64,000 bases of DNA from Mobula hypostoma (lineage: Eukaryota), in contig NC_086097.1 of assembly GCF_963921235.1 (NCBI RefSeq), positions 200,200,001-200,264,000 on the forward strand, written 5' to 3'. Shown here piece by piece: positions 25,599 through 37,720 of the stretch; position 1 is the first letter of the stretch; each line of letters starts with the position of its first letter. The notes under the pieces are model-generated. The model was not told the DNA's origin, did not search any database, and worked only from the letters and a program-made list of their open reading frames with translations. The translations under genes and the position numbers were made by a program.

Positions 25599-27574
25599 GC
25601 TTGACATCGGTGGGAATTACCTGGCGTGAGCAGGTGCCTCACACTGAAATACTTGTAAAGACCAACTGCAGAAGTATTGAGGCCATGATCACCCAGCGTC
25701 AGCTGCAGTGGTTGGGGCACGTGATAAGGATGCCACCATGTCAGCTACCATGCAGAGTATTATAAGGCCAGCTACATCATGGTCGATGCTCAGCTGGAGG
25801 GCTGAAAAAACGCTATAAGAATCAGATGAAGAATGCTTTAAGGAAGTGCAAGATCAGACCTGAGGACCTGGAGGATGTTGCTGCTGACTGTACCACTTGG
25901 CGATAGCTGTGTAGGGATGAGGTTCGTATTCTGGAGATGGAAAGAACAACCAGAAGACAGTGGAAGAGAGCCAGGAGAAATGCAGCCATGGTTGCCACCA
26001 CTACCACATATACATGTCCCATCTGCAATTGAGCTTGTGGGTCCAGGATAGGACTGTATAGTCATCAAAGATATCACTGTTAAAGGAGTGGACGTCATCA
26101 TTGGATTTCGATGGACAACCGAAGAAGATTGGTGATATTCATTCCCAAGAACCTGCAACACTCTTAAACACTCTCGAACTCAACATCCTTTGATGTAAGC
26201 AAGAGCATGTCCACTGCCCCTTCCTGAAATCAATGACCAACTCTTCTGTTTTGCTGACACTGAAGTAAAGGTTGACAACATAACATCTCTTTCCTCTACC
26301 CTAACTTATTATTAATTGAGCTATGGTTCACTGTGGTGGTATGATCTGCAAGCTTGTGGATGGATTTAGAGCAGAATCAAAAAGTCTTTGCCAAGCTAAA
26401 TAAAATGTAAAGCTTCCACTATGTCCTTGATTAGGGAAGGGCACAATGTTAAAACAGCTCCTTAGGATGGAATTAATTGACTTGCTGGACATTAATAATT
26501 ACAGTTTGTCCTCTTATATAGAGGAAGACATCAGAAACAAGTTTCAAAGGCCAAGGTATTAGGAGTTACAAAAGTAAGACTTCCAATACTGCAAGATAAT
26601 TGTAGATGAGGAAAGTCATCCATTTTCATTCATCTAGTTCAAAACACCTATGCATTCCCTTCCCAAATGACGTATTTATTTGTCCCTGAGATAATTACAG
26701 AGATTTCTCTTCACTATCTTCTCCATTCCATATATTAATTAATTTTTGTGACTGTATACTTCCTGATATTTGCCCAAAATTCATATATGTACTGGAGTGA
26801 ACATTTATCCCCTTTCCCAATCTCACATTTTTAAAAATCTTTATTCCAGTTTTGCTTTATCAATGTTTAATTATCTTGCATCCTATAAAAACATCAGTTA
26901 AATGCAGCCATTCCGGACTGAGCAAACTTTACCCACAATTTTGCCAGGAGTGGGGAAGCAGTCCCACTCATCTCTCATCAGTGTATTAAGCACATTATTA
27001 TTGACTTTTATTGGTACTGACTGTTACACCACCTTACTTGCATACCTTTTGCATAGAGTTCCGTCGGATGTCAACACCATTTTCCACTTTATTAGCAGTT
27101 TTAGAGTTGTTCTTTCAAGTGTAGCACACGTTCAGTTCATAACAACTTTAATCTGCCATTGATTTGCCTACGCACTAGTTTTTTTTCTGACTCATGTTGT
27201 AAGTTTAGAAATTTTTTTTGATTCAACCATCACTTTCACTTTATATCATTATATGATTTAGCCACTTTGTATTGTATTTATATAGCTAGGTTATTTGCAT
27301 AAATGAGAAATAGTTTCACTTCCATCACCAATCCCTGGGTCGCCTTAATATCTCTCATATATTCTTCTCAATTATTTTAATGAACATTTTTTTGATTAAC
27401 TACTTTTGTCTCTGGAGCTGCTTCTTTTTCCATTTCTAGATATAAATATTTAACCACTTTTCTGAATTCCATAATATAGCTTTCTGATGAGACTGTTTTT
27501 GTAACTGAATGAAGCATTAGGTCATCATGAGTCATTTTATCAACTTCAGTACGAAGAGTTAATTATGTTTCCCT

Positions 27575-27975
27575 CTGAGATTAGGGTACAGGAGCCTCAG
27601 GACCGACACCACCAAGTTCAGGAACAGTTATTACCCTCAATCATCAAACTTTTAAACCGGAGGGGATAAAGTAACTTGCCTCATCATTGAACTGTTCCGA
27701 CCTAAGGACTCACTTTCAAGGACTCTTCATCTCATGGTCCCAATATTTATTATTTATTGCTTATTTTTATGATGGTGATTATTATTTTTTTTGTATTTGC
27801 ACAGTAGAGTTTGTTGTCTTTTGCACATTGGTTGGTTGTCCGTTCTGTTGGGTGAGGTCTTTCATTGATTCTATTGTGTTTCTGTGAATGCCTGCAAGAA
27901 AATGAATCTCAGGTTTGTATATAGTGACATATATGTACTTTGATAATAGATCTCCTTTGAAGTTTGAACTCTGAA
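27575..27975 (+). mobile_element. Rex1-type LINE 3' end
   Basis: aagttcaggaacagttattacc ... tttgataataa ... tttgaactctgaac tail. Confidence 0.75.
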
Positions 27976-29454
27976 CTTCTGAAGAATTGTAATACCATTG
28001 CAATTGGTTTAAAAAGCTGAAATGACAGCTTGTGCACTTTGCCCTTTTGAAGCAGTGTTAACAATACACAAACTCTCATCAGTATTCCAATGCATTTTGC
28101 TAATCTGTATAGATAAAGTGTCAAATTATTACTGCTATAAAACTCTGAAGAAGCTGACTAATGGAGTGAAATATAAAAAGCAGTGAATGATAGATTTTTT
28201 TCCTGGTTTTAACTGATATACTTGTAATTTTGTTCACCAGCTTTGGCTAATGCTATTTATAAAATTAATTCAAATGCAACCAACTCAGGCATATACCGTG
28301 ACAAAGATGTCAACATAAAAATTCTTTTGCATAAAAGTACAAAGGGTACTCTGGAAGACCAATATGAATTGAGTGGCAGCTTCAAGCAACAGAATAAAAC
28401 TAACCTTAAACTGGGGCCCATGGCACACAAGAGTAAATGGATTAACTTGATAAAGGATTGTCATAAATTATGATGCAAGTGTGCTCAAAATTCCTTCATT
28501 TTCTTTGAGTTAAATCCACAAAAATTACAATTTCTGGGAGCAAAGATATGGAATTTTCTTTAAGTGGTTTTAAATGCTGAGCACAGGAAAATTATTATTG
28601 TAGGATATGAACAGGCAACTCATGAGAAATTGACTTGATATCTTAATCAAATAATTTTCTGATAATCCTATAATTATGCCTTTAAATGCTTAAAAAATTG
28701 TGGATGAAGATTGGAAAATAGAATTAACGATGGGGACTTTACAGTCCAAGAAACATGACCTCAAGCTTATTATAAATCAAAATCTTCATAACATATAATA
28801 ATCCCCAGCTCTAGTTTATTATCATGTTCAGAACAAATGAGGCTCACGGCTGCATTAACTAAACCTAGTGCTGGCAATATTGAATAATACTACACAGAAA
28901 GAGTCCATAATTTTATGATACCTCTGAGAGAACCATTCGATTAGTTCCACCTGTATTTTGCTTTTTCACCTGCAGGTGCCTTAAGAACAATCCTGTTTTT
29001 TTTTGGTCTCCCTTCTTAACTGAAGTTACTCAACACTGAGATCATTCAAGTAAATCTCTGTTGTATCTTTTTCATGATGCTGACATTCATCCTAATATGT
29101 TTGCACAGTATTGAGCTCAACAGACCAAGTGAGGTGTGTTTAATAGTTTATAAGATCTCACCTTAAGTTACTTACTTTTCTACTTGATGTCTGTATCTAT
29201 AAAATCAATGATCCCTTTACGGCATCAATACCAATTTCTATCATTCTGGCCAACTTGATAATTAATTGGCAAAAGTTTTGATCGCATGACTATCCAATGT
29301 ATTCTAGCCTACTTCAGGAAAAGAATAGCGGGCCCAACTTCTGCTTTGAGCTTCTTGGTTTTATTCCTCATAATTTACGCCAATCCTTTATCCAGTCCAT
29401 CCACTTATTCTTGTGTGCCATGGGACCATGTTTAATTCCAAGGAATTAAGTGAC

Positions 29455-30530
29455 AAAATAACAAAAGAAAATGCTGAAAATACCCAACAGGTCAGGTAGC
29501 ATCTGTGGTGAGATAAACAGAGTCCATGTTTCAGGTCACTGAACTGGAAAAGTTCAATGGACATGCTTAACCATGCAGAGGAGCAGTAACTGAAAGAACA
29601 AATGGAAAGCTTGTAATAGGGTGGAGACCAAGAGAAGATGGATGTCATGGAGAAAGCCCTAGAGTTTGTCCGCTGTTAATTTATTTCCAGATAGGAGAGA
29701 TAAAAGGTGGGCAGAAGGAAAAGAAAAGGTCGCAAACTCCAAAATAGACATGCTGGACAGCATCCATGGACAGAGAAACAACTAACATATAAGACCAACA
29801 ATCCCTCATCACCCACTCTCTTAAACCCGAATCCCCAATAAATCCAGCCTAGTTCACAACCAATTAAGCACCACCATTCTTAGAACAAAACTAATCTCTT
29901 CTCTTATAATCAAGAAAGGTGGGCTACCATGAAACTTAAATGTTAAGCCCCATAAATGTGAAATACACTTTGCCAGAAGTTGAGCTGCTATTTCTCAAGC
30001 TTAGATTACAATTTTGTTGGAATTGTTTAAGAGTATGGAGTGGGATGAAGAATTAAAACAAGAGGCAACTGGAAGCTCAGGGTCATTCTTAATTGGTGTT
30101 TAATTTCTTCAGTGTAAACAACACATTGTGAGCACTGTGTGGCCTGCTGAGTGTTTCCAGCATGTTCTGTTTTTATTTCAATTTCCCAGCACTCGCAATT
30201 TTGCTTTTCAATCCCTCAGCCAGATCTCAGTTTTTCTTTCCCTAAAAAACTTGTCTGACCTGCTGGACTTTCCCAACATTCTCTGCTACTTAATAACTTG
30301 TGGCAACTGCTGTGTTTCTCTTCTGTTTATTTAACATTCCCAAAACAGATTAGTTACCTTTAGTAAGTCTTAGCTCCCCCTCCTTATTGGTCTGTATCAC
30401 CCAAGTTCTCTTCATCTCCATCCTCTCACATTCAATCCCATTTTCCTCTCCATGCCTCCCCTCCCCCTCCCAATGACAAGCAGCATTTTCTGTTTTTAAC
30501 TCAACTTGTAGCATCTAAAATTTTAGTTTC
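29455..30530. mobile_element. Cluster of old Penelope-derived fragments in both orientations
   Basis: aatgctgaaaatacccaacaggtcaggtagcatctgtgg (minus) and cctgctgagtgtttccagcat (plus) motifs. Confidence 0.5.
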
Positions 30531-31071
30531 TTTTTTCCATTGCTGATCAGGAAGACTGATTACTGTTTAGGAAGATAACATTAATAAATATTGGCTATTG
30601 GATTCCAAACATTTGAAAGAAGTAACTTCGAAATTACCATTTAGAATTGCTCATGGAAATAGAAAGTTTTTGAAGGACCCAGGCACAGGTAATATAGGGC
30701 ATGAGGCCTTCTATGTGAAATATATCTCAGATTATGGATGAGAGAAAGTGCAACAAGGAAATGCCTCTAATGTTCTCAATAAATTGATCTAGAGATTAAA
30801 AGCTGCCCACTGTGTATATTGTAGATAACATACCAAACATCAATGAACACTGTTCTTATCCTTCACCATTAAGTGACTGATACTTAACGTATGTCACTCT
30901 GAATCATAGAGAGGAAAGAAATTAAGTCGAATTAACGTAAGTTTTACCTTTCAAGTATTTTTGTTTAACTGTACAAGGATAAACTATTTTCATCAACTTC
31001 TTCCATTATTAAGAAAACACAAATTCAGGAAACATAACAGGCAAACTTTCTTTTCCCCGATGATGCAATAC

Positions 31072-31085
31072 CTCACGTTGATGAC
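31072..31085 (-). CDS. Candidate 14-nt microexon (G-HQRE)
   Basis: Acceptor ttctttcatttatgaccaaag; donor GAG|gtattg; phase 1 to 0. A longer form ending near 31047 is also possible. Confidence 0.45.
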
Positions 31086-31575
31086 CTTTGGTCATAAATG
31101 AAAGAATTAGAAAAGAACATATATTTATAAGCAGCTTTAGGAAGGATGAACAGTAAGCAAACCACTTACAGAGGACAAACAAATTAATAAGCATTGTTAA
31201 ACATACTGTATTATAATTAGTCACCGACTAACTCTGGTATCAATTGCAAGATTTAACACCATTATTTTCCCACAAGTGACTCGCATAATCCACCTTTGGC
31301 ACTTTAGGACTTAGTTCCCTTCACTGAACAAGTTCATCATTAAAAAGCTACCATTTTGTGCACATAGAACGAGTACACTGTAAAGTTCCAACTGAATTAA
31401 AAGTTACGTCTGACTTTTTTTAAACTTTGCCTATTCCCATCTCCTCATATTTCAGTCCTGCTTTCCCACTACTAATAGTTTATGTTCTCCACAATTTTTT
31501 CTCCAATATTACAAATTTCATAGGGTAATGTCTTTTGGAAAACAGGAGGATGACAATACTAAATTAGAATTCTAC

Positions 31576-31595
31576 CCTCAGCTGCTGAAACATAC
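31576..31595 (-). CDS. Candidate 20-nt microexon (V-YVSAAE-G)
   Basis: Very long polypyrimidine acceptor (tcctctctctcctgtatccttttctctgccctgtcctgttag); donor GG|gtagaa; phase 2 to 1. Confidence 0.5.
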
Positions 31596-31934
31596 CTAAC
31601 AGGACAGGGCAGAGAAAAGGATACAGGAGAGAGAGGAAGCAATATTCTGACCCACAGTAGTATTTTACTAGCATAGTTCCCATTGTTAATTAATTAAAGA
31701 ATAAGTAAAAGTATATTTTTTAAATATTTTATTTATTTAACAGCTACAATTTCATATTCCTTGCGTGTAACTTATGGGAACCAAACCTACTCAATTTTTT
31801 GGCTGGTTCAATGCCAACATAAAATAAATAATGCTGAGATGCAGTATGTTGAATCTTAATGAAAACTATGAAATTGTAAAAAAAATTATATATCAGATAG
31901 AAGTATATTTAATGCAATTAGAATCGAATTTGTA

Positions 31935-32286
31935 TTAATGTCTACGTGTGAAAAAGGAGACACCTCTTTCTTCCTTACTAGGGAGAGAGAAAACGTGTGG
32001 TAACTGCAAGCCTGTGTCTTTACTGTTGCTTTGCTTACGTTTGAGCGCTTGGTGGCACGTGCCGATGCTTTTATTATGCTGGTGGGGGGAGGGTGATTGT
32101 TGCTTGCTGCCGTTTACATGCGGGGAGGAGGTAGCTGGGGGGGTACTTAGGAGTTCTAACATTTGACTGTTGTTCATTCATTGGGGCACTCCTCTATTTT
32201 TGTGGATGATTGCAAAGAAAAAGCATTTCGGGATGTATATTGTATATATTTCTCTGACATTAAATTGTACCTTTGAAACCTTTGAA
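31935..32286 (+). mobile_element. Non-autonomous retroposon with Rex1-like tail
   Basis: Ends ...attaaattgtacctttgaaacctttgaa; GC-rich body. Confidence 0.5.
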
Positions 32287-32883
32287 TGCATGAAAAAGTA
32301 CACAAACACACTCATATAGTTTCAGGAGCTTTTTTCAAGGTTATTGTTGATAAAACATAAATCCATCCAAGCATTCTCTATAAATCACCCAAGATATGGA
32401 CAGATTACAGGAAGTTCTATTAATGCTGATAGAAGCAGGTAATGCTTATAGAAGCAGGCCGAATCTATTACTCAATGCACAACAACAAGAAAATATAGTG
32501 TCTCCAATGGGAGAGTGGAACGTCTACTATCCTGTTAATTTTATTTCCTGACGGTGTGGCCTTGAAATCGATTTATCAGAATAGGGAGATGTGAAGTTAT
32601 CCGAACATTAAAGTGAAAATCAAATAGTAACCACAGAGTCAGCATGACGAAGGAATTGAGCAACTAACCTCCCCCCTTAATAAAGCTGTGAATAGATTAT
32701 TTCCTGAATTGACTTAATTTTCCATAATCTACAATCTTTGTATCGCAGCCTTGGCATTCTTAATCAAAGAAAATTTCTAAATATATACACATTCCAAGCT
32801 GTAATTAACATACAGTCAAATATTATTAATACTTTTAATACCAAAGTACTAAAAACCAAACATTTTGACTGGTAAGTTCTTAC

Positions 32884-32934
32884 ACGAATACATAGGTTTG
32901 AGGTGGAAATAGGAATAGAGTAGAGAGCTGATGG
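32884..32934 (-). CDS. 51-nt exon (N-HQLSTLFLFPPQTYVF-V)
   Basis: Acceptor attctcattcatctttacag; donor GT|gtaaga. All three frames are open; phase 2 to 2 chosen for chain consistency. Confidence 0.55.
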
Positions 32935-33007
32935 CTGTAAAGATGAATGAGAATGTGAAATGTTGTTAGAAGGCAGGAATAAGTGTTTCTTGGAATAGGG
33001 TCATAAT

Positions 33008-34440
33008 TCAGAATCAGGTTTAATATCACCGGCATATGTCGTGAAATTCGTTAACTTTGCGGCAGCAGTACAATGCAATACATGATAAATATAGAAAAAA
33101 ACAGAATTACAGTAAGTATATATGTATATTAAATAGTTAAATTAAATTAAATAAGTAGTGCAAACACAGAAATAAACATTAGTGAGGTAGTGTTCATGGG
33201 TTCAATGTCCATTTAGAAATCAGACGGCAGAGGGGAAGAAGCTGTTCCTGAATAGGTGAGTGTGTGCCTTCAGGCTTCTGTACCTCCTTCCTGATGGTAA
33301 CAATGAGAAGAGGACATGTCCTGGGTGATGGGGGTCTTTAATGATGGACTCCAGCTTCCTAAGGCACCAATCCTTTAAGGTATCTTAGATACTATAGAGG
33401 CTAGATGGAGCCGACTAATTTCAAAACTTTTTGCAACTTACATCGGTCTCATGCAGTTGCTCCCCTACCCCCCTAATACCAGATGGTGATGCAGGCAGTC
33501 GGAATGCTCTCTGTAGTACATCTAGAGTAGTTTTTGAGTGTTTTAGGTGACTAATCAAATCTCCTCAAATTCCAAATGAAAAATAGTCGCTGTCCTGCCT
33601 TCTTAATAGCTGCATCCATATGTTGCAACCAGATCAGGTCCTCAGAGATACTGACATCCAGGAACTTGAAATTGCTGACTCTCTCCACTTCTGACCCCTC
33701 TGTGAGAATCACGTATATAGCATGAAAACGGGCTCTTTGGCCCAACTCATCCATGCTAACCAACTTACTTACCTGATCTAGATCTATTTGCCTGCAAGTG
33801 GAATTGGAATTGGTTTAGTATTGCCACGTACACCAAGATACAGTGAAAATATTGTCTTCTATAATATTCACATAGATTAAATCATTACACAGTGCACTGA
33901 GGTGGACAAGGTAAAACAATAACATTACAAAATGAAGTGTAACAGCAAAAGAGAAAGTGACGTGCAGGTAAATAATAAGGTACAAGTTTATAAGGAGGTA
34001 GATTGTGAGGTCAAGAGTCCATCTTTCATACGGGGGAACCATTCAATGGTCTTATAACAGCAGACCAGAAGATGTCCTTGAGCCTTCTTGTATGTGCCTT
34101 CAGTTTCTGTCTGTCTTCTACCCAATGGAAGAGGGGAGAAGAGAGAATATCTGTAGTGGGTGGGGTCTTTGATTATAGACAGAGTCCACAGAAGGGAGGC
34201 TGGTTTCCATGATGTGCTCAAATGTATCCAGAGCTCTCTGTAATGATGATATTGCAATACTAACCCGTTACACATCCGCATAGGATACCTTCTATGGTTC
34301 AGCAGGGATAGGCCAAATTTCTTTAGTCCTCTGAGAAAGTAGAGGCATCAGCGAGCTTTCTTAGTCATGCATTTACGTGTTTGGACCAGGACAGGCTATT
34401 AAGAATTTCTACTCCTAGGAACCTGAAGCTCTCAACCTCA
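33008..34440 (-). mobile_element. Two adjacent Rex1-type 3' fragments with an intervening CR1 tail (about 33705-33800)
   Basis: Tails ttcagaatcaggtttaat and ggaattggaattggtttagt; ORFs 33551-33763 and 33988-34281. Confidence 0.75.
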
Positions 34441-34471
34441 ACACCCATACTTAGATAATATCCTGCTAAAC

Positions 34472-34551
34472 CAGGAGTTCCTGACCTTTATCATGCCTTG
34501 GACCAACACAATTAAGCAAGGGGTCCATGGACTCCACAATGGTAACCCCTG
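34472..34551. mobile_element. About 80-bp hAT-type MITE
   Basis: caggagttcc ... ggtaacccctg ends; degenerate TSD tgcTAaac / ctcTAaat. Confidence 0.5.
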
Positions 34552-34587
34552 CTCTAAATCTTTCCTTCCTACATACCCGTCTGAATC

Positions 34588-34797
34588 ATAAGAGACTCTG
34601 CAGATGCTGGAAATCTTGAGCAACACACATAAAATGCAGGAGAAACACAGTAGGTCAAGCAGCATCTTTGGAGGGGAATAAACAGTCAATGTATCTAGCC
34701 AAGCTCCTTTATCAGCAGGTTCTCATCGACTGTTTATTCCCCTCCACAGATGCTGCCTGACTTTCTGAGTTCCTCCAGCATGTTGCATTTGTTGCTC
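34588..34797. repeat. Inverted pair of Penelope-derived repeats (long hairpin)
   Basis: Arms at about 34618-34691 and 34725-34797 are reverse complements (gagcaac...gaggggaataaacagtc / gactgtttattcccctc...gttgctc). Confidence 0.8.
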
Positions 34798-35389
34798 ATG
34801 GCTGATCTAATCACAGGCTTAAAAAAGCGGATGTTCATTTCTTGAATGCAACAAGTTGTAAGACACCTGGGAGTAGTAAGGGAGTAGGGTTAATTGCAAT
34901 GCTTTTGAAAAGAACTGGCATGTTTCAAAGGATTGAATGGCCTTCTTCTGTGCTGTCACCATTGTATGATTCCATGAGTTCAATGAACAAGTAAGTTCGT
35001 CATAAGATTAATGCTGACCTTTCAAAATTATGGCTTGAGTGGTCAATAACATCACCATCTCACTCCAAAAAGAAACAACTGATAACCAATCAACTTTTAT
35101 ATTCAGATTATTAATAAAAAGCCAGTTTGATTTGCAAGTAAGATCATCATAGAAAAGCAGAAAGAATAGTGAACTGAGTATAGATTAGCAATTTAACTTA
35201 TTTAAAGATTAGAAAAATCTAACTTTTGCAATTCATTTTGGTAATTGACCAAATTTCTGATGGGAAATTTCTGACTCTGATAATAAACCTGATTCTGATT
35301 CTGAATATTTTATCTGAGATGAAGACGCCACATTTTTCTTAACCATGCCAAAACAGAGAACTGGGATGTTAGAATATTCTATATCATAC

Positions 35390-35399
35390 TTCCATCTTT
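35390..35399 (-). CDS. Candidate 10-nt microexon AAAGATGGAA (E-RW-N)
   Basis: Acceptor catttttattgctaaag; donor GAA|gtatga; phase 1 to 2 links the 35690 exon to the 32934 exon. Confidence 0.45.
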
Positions 35400-35689
35400 C
35401 TTTAGCAATAAAAATGTTCAAAGTACTGTAAGGTAGTTACCATTTTAACACAATCATATAAGAGGAACATAAAATTTGCTTACTATTAAACACCTTTATG
35501 CACTGGAACACTGACAGGGAAATTCTCCTTTGACCGGTTCCAATATATCAGTTTTGGTTGTGTTGCTCGGATTTCCAGCATCTGCAGATTTCCTCGTTTC
35601 CAATACTGTATATCAGTCATATCTTTCAAGCAAAATACATTGGACGCTAGCACAATTATTCAGACATCGGACAAGGAAAATATAGTTAC

Positions 35690-35783
35690 CCTTTATTACA
35701 GATGGACTTGCAAACTCAAATAAGAACTGTCCAAAAACCAAATAAACTTTGTTTGGGTCAGTTCCTCCATGTCTGTAATGGTA
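35690..35783 (-). CDS. 94-nt exon (YHYRHGGTDPNKVYLVFGQFLFEFASPSVIK)
   Basis: Acceptor ttttttttttactttag; donor AGG|gtaact; phase 0 to 1; the only frame open over its whole length. Confidence 0.7.
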
Positions 35784-35914
35784 CTAAAGTAAAAAAAAAA
35801 CTATACATTTCTCTACTGGGAAATTCAACTGGAAAACCTATTTTGGAATATTTTATCACTTCACAGGATTCATTTATGAGCAATGGCCACATAAACATGT
35901 TTTATTTTCCTTTT

Positions 35915-36210
35915 CCCTGAGCAAGGGCACTCCCTAGAGATGTGTGCTCAGCCCGCAGTTGTTTAGCCTTCTGACGTATGACTACACTGCTACACAACAA
36001 CTTGAGTCTCAACATGGACAAGATCAAAGAAATGATTGTGGACTTCAGTACAGTGAAGGCTGGCCACTCCTTGCTGCCTACATATGGCTCCTCCATGGAG
36101 AACCTCAACATCACTTCTTTAGTCAAGAAAGCACAGCGTGTCTCCACTTCCTGAGGAGATTGAGGCGAGAAAGGCCTTCTACATCCAAGCATAGTCGCTT
36201 CCCACTGCAA
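35915..36210 (+). mobile_element. Old Rex1 RT fragment
   Basis: PxGCVLSPQLFSLLTYD at the start of ORF 35944. Confidence 0.65.
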
Positions 36211-36705
36211 TTTGTTCTCATTCACTTCCTTACTGTTTACTTTCCTTGCTATTTTCATTTTAGTAAAAAAAAACTCAGAACAACTCTGAAAACCTGTAGC
36301 TTATCAAAGGAGCATCTAAAAAGAGAGAATAATTTAGTTTGTTGCATGAGGTAAGATGAGAGAATTGTAATGTTTAATATTAAGATACCACATCAGGGAT
36401 AAATGAAATATTTATCCCATAATTTCAGCAGGGAAATATAGAGGTCCAAAAAACATGTGAATTTCTGCTCTTGCAAGCTAGTTGTATGGCATTGATTGAG
36501 AACAAAAGGCTATTATTAAAGGCCACCCATGTATTTTAAATGAAGATCCTGATGGTATGTAAATGCCAACACAGTACATAGTTGGGAAAACATCTGTTGG
36601 CTGAACTTAATTACAGAATTCAACATTCTCCTAGTTTATATACATGATAGTCTCAGTGAAACAAAATCAGTGTAGATTGTTTGTGTGAGCTGAGAGAATA
36701 CTGAC

Positions 36706-36761
36706 CAAGGAGCTACCGCTATCATCACTAGCGAATGCAAAACACTTCAATAATCGATGAG
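36706..36761 (-). CDS. 56-nt exon (A-HRLLKCFAFASDDSGSSL)
   Basis: Acceptor tttctatatcatatcag; donor TTG|gtcagt; only the phase 1 to 0 frame is open and it matches both neighbours. Confidence 0.65.
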
Positions 36762-36860
36762 CTGATATGATATAGAAATTATTTTCTTGCTCCAAAACAG
36801 ATGTAAATGACATGTTTATGAGTTAAATAGATGATGACACTTTACAAATTCCTTCCTCAC

Positions 36861-36902
36861 CATTGAGGTTTTGTTTCTTTGCTCCAAACATCTGTTTTGT
36901 TT
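36861..36902 (-). CDS. 42-nt exon (K-TKQMFGAKKQNLN)
   Basis: Acceptor atttttcttgaag; donor ATG|gtgagg; phase 1 to 1; 99-nt intron to the next exon. Confidence 0.6.
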
Positions 36903-36996
36903 CTTCAAGAAAAATATTTAATTCCAAAAAATGGCATTTCCATCATTGCAAAAAAAAAAGTTAAAAAATCAGAAGCCTCTGCTAAAGGATAGTTAC

Positions 36997-37045
36997 TTAT
37001 GAAGAACCATTCATTCTGTTGTGTATGTCCCTTCAAACTCAATGG
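36997..37045 (-). CDS. 49-nt exon (PLSLKGHTQQNEWFFI)
   Basis: Acceptor ttttatcagttgtgtctcag; donor TAA|gtaact; phase 0 to 1; 94-nt intron to the next exon. Confidence 0.55.
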
Positions 37046-37109
37046 CTGAGACACAACTGATAAAAGGAGTATATCTGCTTCAGGTGTGATTAATATAAAT
37101 TAATATAAA

Positions 37110-37720
37110 TGGCCAACTAATCTAATCCACCTTGGTCTGCACAATGTCCATATCCTTTCATTTTTCTCATGTTCATGTGCCTATCTAATGTATCTGCCTC
37201 TACCACCATCCCAGGCAGTGCTTTTCAGATACCCACCACTTTCTGTGTAAAACATTTGCTGCTCACATTTCCTTTGAAATTACCCCCCACTCCACACACA
37301 CACCTTAAATGCATCCCCTCTGGTTTTAGACATTTCAACCACGGGAAAAAGACACCATCTATCTTCTTTATCTATGCCTCTCAAAATCATAACCTCTATC
37401 GGATCTCCCCTCAGTGTCTGCCACTCCAGTGATAACAACCCAGGTTTGTCCAGTGTCTTGTTATAGCACATGCCCTCTAGTCCTGACAGTGTCTTGGTAA
37501 ATCTCTTCTGCATTCTCTCCAAAGCCTCGATATCCTTCCTATAATGGAGTGACCAGAACTGTATGCAATACTCCAGATGTGGCCTAAATAGAGTTTTATA
37601 AAACTGCAACATAACTTCCTGACTTTTGAACTCAGTGCCTCGACTAATAAATGCAATGCTGCCATTTGCCTTCTTAGCCACCCTATCAATCCATGTAGCC
37701 ACTTTCAGGGAGCTGTGAAC
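37110..37720 (-). mobile_element. CR1 3' fragment (resumes at about 40601-40655)
   Basis: ORF 37280-37843 C-terminal part; gagctgtgaac|ttggacccc rejoins across the nested CR1. Confidence 0.8.

Larger units (their letters stand above)
20711..26127 (+). mobile_element. Full-length RTE-clade LINE (single APE+RT ORF, now disrupted)
   Basis: 11-bp TSD attggtgatat (20700-20710 and 26128-26138); gaagaag tail; SAYAPT, GDFNARV, TDHRM, RGISLLS, GVRQGCVLAP, YADD motifs in ORFs 21728-24377. Confidence 0.93.
20140..26380 (-). mobile_element. Old Rex1-type LINE split by the RTE insertion (pieces about 20140-20710 and 26128-26380)
   Basis: ORFs 20294-20613 (LTDFYRC...SI...CIT; LPLGKGYKSL); sequence continues across the RTE TSD. 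Confidence 0.7.

Noticed and set aside
30872..30968. Additional tiny exon candidates (KQKYLK; VTYVKYQSLN)
   Set aside because: Phases do not fit the preferred chain; cannot be distinguished from chance.
35484..35510. 27-nt candidate exon (VFQCIKVFN)
   Set aside because: Good splice sites and frame-neutral, but not needed for the chain and with no independent evidence; left unresolved.
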